A DNA stretch of 33,315 bases from positions 1 through 33,315 of IMG/VR virus record IMGVR_UViG_3300049032_000027; one strand, 5' to 3'. Below are positions 24,961 to 31,834 of this stretch, piece by piece. The position numbers were made by a program, and so were the translations under genes. The notes beneath the pieces were generated by a model that saw only the letters and a program-made list of their open reading frames with translations, was not told the origin of the DNA and did no database searches. Position 1 is the first letter of the stretch; the number at the start of each line of letters is the position of its first letter. This stretch comes from a virus.

Positions 24961-24989
24961 TTGATATAACTACAAGCATGTGCTATATT
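24961..24989 (+). promoter_or_regulatory. Early-type promoter TTGATA-17-TATATT (TG-extended), spacer AAGCATGTGC
   Basis: Read directly. Followed by the conserved leader CAAGTAATGAAAGG and the ATG at 25020. Confidence 0.7.
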
Positions 24990-25019
24990 AAATACACAAG
25001 CAAGTAATGAAAGGAAAAT

Positions 25020-25571
25020 ATGGAAGAATTAGATAAAAAAGAACTTGATGTAATCGATAAAGCTATTCAGAAACATGGCTCACTCACAGAATCAACGTAT
25101 AAACAGATACTTGGATTTAATCCACCACGATCAATCGTCAAACAACACAAGTTTGGAAAGTTTGATTATCTCCCAATCACTGCAATTGAACGAATGCTTG
25201 ACGGACTATTTGAGTCTTGGAGTGTAGAAGTTCTGCGAGAAGGTGTAGCGGTTAATGGATTCTACGTCGTCGTTAAATTGAAGGCTAAAATACCTTATTC
25301 GGATAAAGTATTAGTATCAGATGGAATCGGATTCGCTGAATTTCAAACTATTAAAGACGCCTCACCTACTGATTTTAGTAAATTATCTCAAGCTGCGGGC
25401 GTTATGGCGGTTCCAAAAGCACGTACAGAGGCTATTAAGAACGCCGCTAAGTCATTTGGTAATTTATTTGGTAGAAACCTAACTAGAGATGATGACCAAT
25501 GGGAGAGCGAGGAAGAAGTTGTAAGTAAAGCACGAACAAAGATCGCTAATGCACTCAAAGGGGATAAATAA
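25020..25571 (+). CDS. Rad52/Sak-like single-strand annealing protein
   Basis: DYLPITAIERMLDGLF..W ... AVPKARTEAIKNAAKSFGNLFGRNL resembles the Rad52-family core (TDA.KRA...FG..FG..L). Confidence 0.6.
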   Translation: MEELDKKELDVIDKAIQKHGSLTESTYKQILGFNPPRSIVKQHKFGKFDYLPITAIERMLDGLFESWSVEVLREGVAVNGFYVVVKLKAKIPYSDKVLVSDGIGFAEFQTIKDASPTDFSKLSQAAGVMAVPKARTEAIKNAAKSFGNLFGRNLTRDDDQWESEEEVVSKARTKIANALKGDK

Positions 25572-25858
25572 TGGCCTACTCTAATATAGAGGAAACTCTA
25601 TTTACTTATTATGATGAAAGAGAAGAAGATCTCATAGAAAGTTGGCTAGAGGAGCATGGTTATACTTTTTGGCGACCAACAGTTTGCGGTGACTGTTGTG
25701 GTATGTATGAAGAATTTTATTCAGTTAACGGTATCTGCGGGAAATGGGATAGTGAGACTGACAAACAAGAGTTTATAGAATTTGCTAAAAAGAACAATAT
25801 ACCTTTTAACGAAGAGGAAATTGATAATTATCATATAAATCCGAGGGTAGAATCATGA
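25571..25858 (+). CDS. Hypothetical acidic protein with a Cys cluster (CGDCCG)
   Basis: ORF only; ATAATG overlap-type junction. Confidence 0.45.
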   Translation: MAYSNIEETLFTYYDEREEDLIESWLEEHGYTFWRPTVCGDCCGMYEEFYSVNGICGKWDSETDKQEFIEFAKKNNIPFNEEEIDNYHINPRVES

Positions 25859-26601
25859 AACCAATCAACTTGTCCCCTAGCTTTCTCATTAAGGTGTACG
25901 AAAAGGGATACGATTATGCTGTTGGTGAAAAACTGGGACTATTCCCACATGAAGATACCAGTGCAATGTCAGACGGTCGTTTAATCCACGCCCTAATATC
26001 TGAACGATTGGGCGGCGAAAAGGCAAAGATCGCTATAATGCCGTTTGATAATTTCCGTACCAATGCCGCTAAGGAATGGCGTGATAGTCAACCAGACGAC
26101 ACCTCAATTGTGACTGAAGAAAAGATTGAAACGTTAAACAAGATTATCGATAGACTTGTAGACCACGAGAAACTAGAAAAGTTCCTAAGCAATCCGTGCC
26201 TTACAGAATTGGTAGTTGAGAAACAAGTAAACGGTCATAACGTAAAAGGTATTCTTGACTTAGTGTCCACTGATGACGAGACGACTACAGTGATTGACTG
26301 GAAGTTCGTATCTACACAGGTCTTCGATTCATTTTCCAAGAAGGCTCTGTATCAACACTACGACTTGCAGGCGGCAATCTATGATTACCTGAAGGACGCT
26401 ACAAATATTTACTTCGTAGCAATTGAAAATCAAGCCCCATACCGAATTAAAGTATTCCACTGTGACTCTAGTTTCCTTGAAAGCGGGGCTGAAAAATTTA
26501 ACAAAGCTTTTAAGATAATTGACGAAGCTAAAGGTCGAGAGCCGAACTTCAATATCAATGTTGTTGAAGAGCTTATAGCATGGGATCAATATAATGGATA
26601 A
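25855..26601 (+). CDS. PD-(D/E)XK (RecB/Cas4-like) recombination exonuclease
   Basis: GRLIHALISE ... ILDLVS ... VIDWKF ... QAAIY are in the order of the PD-(D/E)XK motifs. Adjacent to the annealing protein. Confidence 0.6.
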   Translation: MKPINLSPSFLIKVYEKGYDYAVGEKLGLFPHEDTSAMSDGRLIHALISERLGGEKAKIAIMPFDNFRTNAAKEWRDSQPDDTSIVTEEKIETLNKIIDRLVDHEKLEKFLSNPCLTELVVEKQVNGHNVKGILDLVSTDDETTTVIDWKFVSTQVFDSFSKKALYQHYDLQAAIYDYLKDATNIYFVAIENQAPYRIKVFHCDSSFLESGAEKFNKAFKIIDEAKGREPNFNINVVEELIAWDQYNG

Positions 26602-26788
26602 TAAAGAAACTAAGTTTTTCGATATTAGTAGTAAAGAACATGTTGAGAGTATAGATTACTATGATTACAAAGATAAATCCTCATTCGAGGAGCTATCTGA
26701 TAATATGAATAACCTACTAAAAGAATTATCAAGAGTGTTAAAACTAGAAGAAATAGTTCACTGGATAAATAGGAGATTAAATAAATGA
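26594..26788 (+). CDS. Hypothetical protein
   Basis: ORF only. Confidence 0.4.
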   Translation: MDNKETKFFDISSKEHVESIDYYDYKDKSSFEELSDNMNNLLKELSRVLKLEEIVHWINRRLNK

Positions 26789-27087
26789 GTGATGAACGAC
26801 GAGAAGTAAGAGCAAAAGTCCGTGCATATGAAAAAGACGGTGAAACTAAAAATGTCTACGCTACAGTAGGCACTGCATGGGTGTCTGAACATGGAAGTAA
26901 AATATCTATCCAACTTGAAACTGTGCCAGTCACTCCTGAGTGGGACGGTAGGCTATTTATAAATAAACCATACGAAAATAAAGATAGTACACCAATCAAA
27001 CAACACGAAGTAATAGAAAAAACTCGTGATAACTTACCAGATTATGATTTTGATAAACCAATTTCTTTACAGGACATCCCATTCTGA
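26785..27087 (+). CDS. Short SSB-like protein with C-terminal ...DIPF tip (putative)
   Basis: The C-terminus ISLQDIPF matches the conserved bacterial SSB tail (DDDIPF). It is only 100 aa and sits in the recombination module. Confidence 0.45.
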   Translation: MSDERREVRAKVRAYEKDGETKNVYATVGTAWVSEHGSKISIQLETVPVTPEWDGRLFINKPYENKDSTPIKQHEVIEKTRDNLPDYDFDKPISLQDIPF

Positions 27088-27088
27088 T

Positions 27089-27373
27089 ATGAAAAATAGA
27101 AAATGGGCTACTACTGAAGAAGAAAATGGTTGGTTAGTACGTGACGAAAAAGGAAGACCAAGACAATTTATCGGAAGTATAAAAGGTAGATATGGTATAT
27201 GGATGAGAGAATATAGAACGCGTATTCCTGTTAAGGTGTACGAAGAAATAACTACTGACTATGCAATACATGCTGAAGTATGTGCCTGGTGTGAAAATAC
27301 AGATATTGAGTGGGTCGATAATAATGGAAACAATACACCATACTTAATTTCATCGGTAAACAATGGCAAATAA
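27089..27373 (+). CDS. Hypothetical protein
   Basis: I prefer ATG 27089 (TGATATG junction with the upstream stop) to the track start at 27026, which overlaps the previous gene by 62 nt. Confidence 0.45.
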   Translation: MKNRKWATTEEENGWLVRDEKGRPRQFIGSIKGRYGIWMREYRTRIPVKVYEEITTDYAIHAEVCAWCENTDIEWVDNNGNNTPYLISSVNNGK

Positions 27374-27743
27374 AACACTCATTAAAAAACTAGATATCGT
27401 ATTCTCAAAGTATATACGGTTAAGAGACTCTAACAATGGAGTATTTTTGTGTTGCAGCTGTACTCAATATAAACCCTACGAACAAGCAGACGCTGGACAC
27501 TTTATCAATCGCCGCTGGATGGCTACAAGATGGCGAGAAGACAACGTCCATGCACAATGCAGATCATGTAACAGGTTTGATGAAGGAAATGCCGTAGGGT
27601 ATACGATGTTTATGATAAATAAATATGGTAAAGAGCATGTCGAGTATCTGCAGGCTATTAAAAACGGCGGCTATAAGTACAAAGACTACGAAATACAAGT
27701 GTTAATTGAAGAATATAAACAAAAACTATTGCAATTTAAGTAA
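27363..27743 (+). CDS. NinG/Rap-like recombination endonuclease
   Basis: LDIVFSKYIRLRD...CCSC...ADAGHFINRRWMATRWREDNVHAQCRSCNRFDEGN matches the lambda NinG-family pattern. Confidence 0.75.
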   Translation: MANKTLIKKLDIVFSKYIRLRDSNNGVFLCCSCTQYKPYEQADAGHFINRRWMATRWREDNVHAQCRSCNRFDEGNAVGYTMFMINKYGKEHVEYLQAIKNGGYKYKDYEIQVLIEEYKQKLLQFK

Positions 27744-27757
27744 GCATATGCTATATT
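27729..27757 (+). promoter_or_regulatory. Early-type promoter TTGCAA-17-TATATT, spacer AAGCATATGC
   Basis: Read directly. Followed by the conserved leader CCAAGCAATGAAAGG. Confidence 0.7.
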
Positions 27758-27764
27758 AAGAGTA

Positions 27765-28110
27765 CATCCAAGCAATGAAAGGATGAAAGCGACGGGATAA
27801 AGATAGACCCAAGCCAAAAACTCTGACAAGGCAGTCGCTTACAAAATATAAACTCGGTAGCCATTCACCCAGTCGAAAGCCAGTAGAATACGGCTCAGAC
27901 ACTCACGAGGAACTTAGGCTGGATGATTGGCTACTGAGATTAACAATTGAGTGTAGTAGCACAAGTAATAATAGTCCGACGGAGAGTATTACTTCGGGGA
28001 GTTTCTACGGGAACCACCACTCTTAGCAAGTAGTGTGCACACAAAAGCGGAGCAAACAAATACGTATTATTACTGGTACCATACACTCAATTACAAAAAA
28101 AAGGAGACAT
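27765..28110 (+). ncRNA. Structured RNA of about 340 nt (stand-alone ncRNA or long cis-regulatory leader)
   Basis: Nested helices 27853-27862/27929-27938 (one G-U, valid on + only), 27945-27955/28082-28092 and 27964-27973/28065-28074. No ORF of 60 aa or more. Ends about 10 nt before the GGAG of the next gene. Confidence 0.6.
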
Positions 28111-28114
28111 AACA

Positions 28115-28309
28115 ATGTCAAAAACATCAACAAACAAAACACCAAAAACAGTAGAGATTAAACTACTAATTCCTTACGCAATTATTGCAATATTAATCGT
28201 TGCAATTGCAGGACTCATCACAGGATGGTTCGTACACAACAATTACACTCAATCAATGCAGCAGGAATACAATAACGGTGTTGCATCGGTAAAAACATCA
28301 CAGAAGTAA
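28115..28309 (+). CDS. Small membrane-anchor protein, probably the N-terminal part of a split transglycosylase
   Basis: GGAG RBS and TM segment LLIPYAIIAILIVAIAGLITGWFV. The reading frame of the downstream SLT domain is open from 28276. Confidence 0.5.
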   Translation: MSKTSTNKTPKTVEIKLLIPYAIIAILIVAIAGLITGWFVHNNYTQSMQQEYNNGVASVKTSQK

Positions 28310-28431
28310 AGACTGTAGCTTCTGAGAATATAGAAACAGTCAAAGAAGAAATAGCACCTGAAAAAACTCTTACAGACTGTAGAATATCCTATAAGTACAA
28401 CTGGGATAAAAAGATAGCCTATGCAGTATGT

Positions 28432-28659
28432 ATGGCAGAATCTGAAGGCAACCCAAACGCCGCTAACATGAACGATGTTCATAACGGATGTATAGGTAGC
28501 TACGGATTATTCCAGATTGCATGTGTACATGGTGGTATATTTTACGATCCAGAAGAGAACGTAAAAAAGGCTTACGATGTTTACCTATCCCAAGGATGGA
28601 ACGCATGGGGGGCATATTCAAGCGGAGCGTATTTGAGGTATATGAATGTTGAGGTATAA
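28432..28659 (+). CDS. Lytic transglycosylase (SLT/lysozyme-like) domain, apparently lacking its own start
   Basis: AESEGNPNAAN...GSYGLFQI...W is the SLT catalytic region. The domain sequence YNWDKKIAYAVC continues upstream of the ATG in the same frame back to 28276, with no start codon. Confidence 0.6.
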   Translation: MAESEGNPNAANMNDVHNGCIGSYGLFQIACVHGGIFYDPEENVKKAYDVYLSQGWNAWGAYSSGAYLRYMNVEV

Positions 28660-28735
28660 ACTACTATTAAAGAAATACTCTGGATACAACTGGTTAAAGT
28701 TGGAACTCCAAAGGCTTTCAATACAAGATTAAATT

Positions 28736-28768
28736 ATTCGCCGACTATGCGAGGGTCGGCGAATTTTA
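28736..28768 (+). terminator. Rho-independent terminator
   Basis: ATTCGCCGAC-tatgcgagg-GTCGGCGAAT (10-bp perfect stem) followed by TTTTAAT. Confidence 0.75.
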
Positions 28769-28778
28769 ATATAAAAGC

Positions 28779-28807
28779 TTGAACTATTTGAAAGCATGTG
28801 CTATATT
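28779..28807 (+). promoter_or_regulatory. Early-type promoter TTGAAC-17-TATATT, spacer AAGCATGTGC
   Basis: Read directly. Followed by the leader TTAAGCAATGAAAGG and the ATG at 28839. Confidence 0.7.
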
Positions 28808-28838
28808 AGTAATATCATTAAGCAATGAAAGGGTAAAA

Positions 28839-29030
28839 ATGAATCTACAAACGTACGCAGACAAAGTAATTGTCGAACATGAACACACTCAGGTTAATGT
28901 ATATTTAGAAAACATTGATTTATGTGACGTACTTGCTCAATTTAGCACAGAAGAGGTATTAAAATCACTCGTAGCAAATGATAATTATTCAGATATTGTT
29001 GATTTTGTTAATAGGAGTGATGATGAATAA
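28839..29030 (+). CDS. Hypothetical acidic protein
   Basis: I prefer the start at 28839 because the track start 28779 lies inside the promoter. GAAAGG is 6 nt upstream. Confidence 0.5.
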   Translation: MNLQTYADKVIVEHEHTQVNVYLENIDLCDVLAQFSTEEVLKSLVANDNYSDIVDFVNRSDDE

Positions 29031-29154
29031 ATATGATTACATAATTTCTATATTAGGATTATTAATGATTTTACTGTATACATATTTAATGTTTTTTGCC
29101 CCATGTGAAACAATCAAAATACTAAATTTGTCTGTTCCTGGTAGATGTTTATGA
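29023..29154 (+). CDS. Small membrane protein (43 aa, below the ORF-track cutoff)
   Basis: AGGAG is 5 nt upstream. Sequence MNKYDYIISILGLLMILLYTYLMFFAP...; overlapping stops and starts on both sides. Confidence 0.4.
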   Translation: MNKYDYIISILGLLMILLYTYLMFFAPCETIKILNLSVPGRCL

Positions 29155-29543
29155 CCGATTACGACAAAGAACTAGATGAGATAATCAACGCTATCATCAA
29201 TGCTTGCGAGGCGTCGAGTATTGGCGAAATTACACCTGCACTATTTGAAGAGATGATGGACAGGGCAAAAGAGCTGCACAATGAACTCCTATACCAAGCC
29301 AAACTCGACGGTGCTATTGAGGAGCTGGAAGAGTGCTGGAACCAGGGAGTAAAAAACAACTCATTAGAACTTGAGGACGCATATCTATCAGAGCGGATTG
29401 ATATGTTGAAGAGCATGAGAGAGAACCCACACACTCATGTAATTCGTGGGCATGCGGATGGAAGTGGGCGTCGAAGCTGTGCAGTATGCCGATTTCCAGA
29501 AGACCGTCTCGCCACCCTCAAAGGGCAGAAGGAGAAGCTATGA
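29151..29543 (+). CDS. Coiled-coil protein, paralog A1 (DYDKELD family)
   Basis: Paralogous to 31831-32154 (MxDYDKELD, AKL[DN]GAIEELE, RLAxLK...KL-stop). ATG 29151 matches the paralog's N-terminus. Confidence 0.55.
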   Translation: MTDYDKELDEIINAIINACEASSIGEITPALFEEMMDRAKELHNELLYQAKLDGAIEELEECWNQGVKNNSLELEDAYLSERIDMLKSMRENPHTHVIRGHADGSGRRSCAVCRFPEDRLATLKGQKEKL

Positions 29544-29572
29544 CTGACATTTGGAAGAAGGGGGCTTAAGCG

Positions 29573-29839
29573 ATGACCACCCCACAAGATGAGTTACGAG
29601 AGTATAATATCGATTTCCTCGAATGGTTGGATAAAAACGGAGCAATGGTTTCGGTACTACCTACCGAGAAAGGTTATGCAGCACAGATTGATGACGTAAA
29701 ACTCAAGAGGTCGATAAACCGCCTCATCAACTCCGAAGTACGCCAGGCGATGGATAGGCTTACCGCGATTGGTAGCGTTCAGTACGACATTGAAATATTG
29801 CTATCTGCGATCGAAGCAGAAAGGAAGAATTATGAGTAA
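29573..29839 (+). CDS. Hypothetical protein, paralog B1 (TPQDELRE...SAIEAERKxYE family)
   Basis: Paralogous to 32151-32513. Confidence 0.55.
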   Translation: MTTPQDELREYNIDFLEWLDKNGAMVSVLPTEKGYAAQIDDVKLKRSINRLINSEVRQAMDRLTAIGSVQYDIEILLSAIEAERKNYE

Positions 29840-29966
29840 AAACACAACGATAGCCCTAATGTTATCATCGTATCTTGTATTCATAGCACTGTTATCTATA
29901 ATGGTAAGTCCATGGTTTGTACTACTAATATTACTTACAAGTTCTATTTTGAAGGGGGCAGAATGA
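29832..29966 (+). CDS. Small membrane protein (44 aa), cassette member C1
   Basis: ATG overlaps the upstream stop (TATGAGTAA). It is hydrophobic, and a comparable small TM ORF follows paralog B2. Confidence 0.45.
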   Translation: MSKNTTIALMLSSYLVFIALLSIMVSPWFVLLILLTSSILKGAE

Positions 29967-30271
29967 TACATCTCACACCACAGCAAAAAAGAGTTTTAGC
30001 ATTAATACAAAATCATCCTAGAGCCGCAAATGACGATGCCTATTTACTAGATATTTATTGGCACGAATACGACGGATGGTTAGATAACAGATCACTCTAT
30101 GACAATCTAAGCCGTGCAACTCCACCAGGTGCAATAACACGGTGTCGCAGGAAACTACACGAACTAGGGTATATAACGTATAGCAAGGAGGCAGACAAAG
30201 CCAGAGAAGATAAATTTATAGAATACAGAGACGAAAATAGCAATTATAGTGCGGTGAGATGGGCAGATTAA
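29963..30271 (+). CDS. Putative winged-helix DNA-binding protein
   Basis: GAAGGGGG RBS. LTPQQKRVLALIQ ... ITRCRRKLHELGYI is HTH-like. The track start 29912 overlaps the previous ORF. Confidence 0.45.
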   Translation: MIHLTPQQKRVLALIQNHPRAANDDAYLLDIYWHEYDGWLDNRSLYDNLSRATPPGAITRCRRKLHELGYITYSKEADKAREDKFIEYRDENSNYSAVRWAD

Positions 30272-30307
30272 ATAATGGCAGGAGATTAAATATGGTATAA
30301 TTAGTAC

Positions 30308-30898
30308 ATGCCACATATAGAACTATCAGGAAAATTAGGTCACGGAAAAGTTACATTAGTTGATGACAGCACATTAAAAAAGTATGGCAATCTAACTTGG
30401 CACTTATCAGATACAGGTTACGTAGTACGAAGGAATAAGAGCGAAGGCGGTACAGTAAGACTTCATAGGCTGGTCACAAAAGCTCCAGAAGGGATGGTGG
30501 TAGACCATTTAAATGGGGATAAACTTGATAACCGTCTATCAAATCTAAGAGTATGCACTCAAGCTGAAAATTCACGAAATAGAAAAAATACTACTGGTAT
30601 ATGTTTTGATAAGAACCGTAATAAATGGATTGTCAGATACCGCAATAAGTTTTATGGTCGGTACGAAACCGAGGAAGAGGCTAGTCGAGCCTACCAGAAA
30701 GCTAAAAGCGGAGTAGAATATGCACCAAAAAGGCGACAGAGGTACATGTTGCCGTATGGAGTAACTTTCTACAAAGGATATAAGAAACCGTATGCCGTAC
30801 GTCCACAGGTAAATGGAGTGAGACACTTTCTAGGCTATTTTGCCACAGCAGAGGAAGCAAAAACAGTATACGATAATTTTAGGCAGAAGGAGAAATAG
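30308..30898 (+). CDS. HNH homing endonuclease with two AP2-type domains
   Basis: LHRLVTKAPEGMVVDHLNGDKLDNRLSNLRVCTQAENSRN (HNH_3), then GICFDKNRNKWIVRYRNKFYGRYETEEEASRAY and GVTFYKGYKKPYAVRPQVNGVRHFLGYFATAEEA (AP2). Confidence 0.85.
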   Translation: MPHIELSGKLGHGKVTLVDDSTLKKYGNLTWHLSDTGYVVRRNKSEGGTVRLHRLVTKAPEGMVVDHLNGDKLDNRLSNLRVCTQAENSRNRKNTTGICFDKNRNKWIVRYRNKFYGRYETEEEASRAYQKAKSGVEYAPKRRQRYMLPYGVTFYKGYKKPYAVRPQVNGVRHFLGYFATAEEAKTVYDNFRQKEK

Positions 30899-30943
30899 CA
30901 TATCGCAGGTACAAAATCTGGAGGAGTAAAACTCCGAGAAACA

Positions 30944-31174
30944 ATGATTAAAAAATACGGTTCAGAAGAAAAATGGCGAGAACATATGGCAAAAAACGGA
31001 CGTAAAGGTGGACTAATAAAAACTCCTACAGGCGGTTTTGGCAGTGATCTAGTCGGAGAGGATGGACTTACAGGGCTAGAGCGAGCACGAGTGGTCGGAG
31101 CTAAAGGAGGAAGAACTAGTAGGAGAACTGTATTCCATAAATATGATCCAAGTAAAGATAGTAGAAAAAAGTAA
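30944..31174 (+). CDS. Basic Gly-rich KGG-repeat-like protein
   Basis: Contains GRKGGLIKT and GAKGGRTSRRT repeats. A third repeat (GTKSGGVKL) lies upstream of the ATG in the same open frame. Confidence 0.4.
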   Translation: MIKKYGSEEKWREHMAKNGRKGGLIKTPTGGFGSDLVGEDGLTGLERARVVGAKGGRTSRRTVFHKYDPSKDSRKK

Positions 31175-31199
31175 GCAAATAAATCTATAGGGGTATAAG

Positions 31200-31379
31200 A
31201 TGAAAACAATAAAGTGTAAAGAACTGAATGTATGGGTAGTAGCAGAATATAACCAAGGGGATGAACAACTTCCGCAGCTAACAGCTTTTAATACGCGGGA
31301 AGAAGCCCGTGAGTACACAAAGGGTAATAAACCTTCATTGTTATCAAAATTTAAATTATTCTTCGAGCTAGACAAATGA
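31200..31379 (+). CDS. Small hypothetical protein (59 aa, below the ORF-track cutoff)
   Basis: First of a chain of small ORFs joined by ATGA overlaps; I prefer it to the antisense track ORF 31076-31375. Confidence 0.4.
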   Translation: MKTIKCKELNVWVVAEYNQGDEQLPQLTAFNTREEAREYTKGNKPSLLSKFKLFFELDK

Positions 31380-31534
31380 ACTCAGGAGAAAGAATAATCC
31401 GTCGAAGGCAAATAGCTTACTATCATTTTGTAGAAGACTATGATATTAAAGAACTAGAAATAATGTTCTCAGTTCCAATCAAAGCAATTAGACAGGCAAT
31501 TAAAAAGTATAAGCATTTGGATTGGAGTGAATGA
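31376..31534 (+). CDS. Small HTH-like protein (52 aa)
   Basis: ATGA overlap; ELEIMFSVPIKAIRQAIKKY is helix-turn-helix-like. Confidence 0.4.
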   Translation: MNSGERIIRRRQIAYYHFVEDYDIKELEIMFSVPIKAIRQAIKKYKHLDWSE

Positions 31535-31686
31535 TGGGAGAAATAATTCATCTACCCAAGCGGGAACTCACTACAGAACAAGAACAATACTGGTATGAAA
31601 GACTAGAAGTAGCCCAAAGAATGGCGGAGTACGCTATGAGGATGTTGGGATTAATTGAAGAAAAAGGAGTGAATAATGAATCGTAG
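31531..31686 (+). CDS. Small hypothetical protein (51 aa)
   Basis: ATGA overlap with the upstream ORF. Confidence 0.35.
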   Translation: MMGEIIHLPKRELTTEQEQYWYERLEVAQRMAEYAMRMLGLIEEKGVNNES

Positions 31687-31834
31687 TTTTAAAACGTCTG
31701 TTATTGGTTCAATGCTGGTTATTCTATCCTGTTTACCAACTAATGAACTTATGGAAATACTACTATCGATACTAGGGATTATATACCTAGTGTGGTCAAT
31801 CGTATTGCAGATTAAAGGAGATAGTTTAATATGA
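31676..31834 (+). CDS. Small two-TM membrane protein (52 aa)
   Basis: AAAGGAG RBS upstream, hydrophobic segments, and an ATGA overlap with the next gene. Confidence 0.4.
   Translation: MNRSFKTSVIGSMLVILSCLPTNELMEILLSILGIIYLVWSIVLQIKGDSLI

Noticed and set aside
27783-27800. Mini-ORF MKATG-stop (and ATGAAAGGATGA) directly after the early leader.
   Set aside because: The ATG abuts the GAAAGG box with zero spacing, so ribosome loading is unlikely. I treat the region as RNA rather than coding, though a regulatory leader peptide cannot be excluded.
28779-28838. Longer N-terminal extensions given in the ORF track (28779, 27026, 29912, 29769, 29145).
   Set aside because: The extensions overlap promoters or upstream genes and lack RBSs. 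Internal ATGs with RBSs, stop-start overlaps or paralog alignment give better starts: 28839, 27089, 29963, 29832 and 29151.
30835-31375. Minus-strand track ORFs 30835-31209 and 31076-31375.
   Set aside because: These are shadow ORFs opposite + strand genes that have RBSs and ATGA-coupled starts (30944-31174, 31200-31379). Their low-complexity Ser/Leu/Pro composition is typical of antisense frames.
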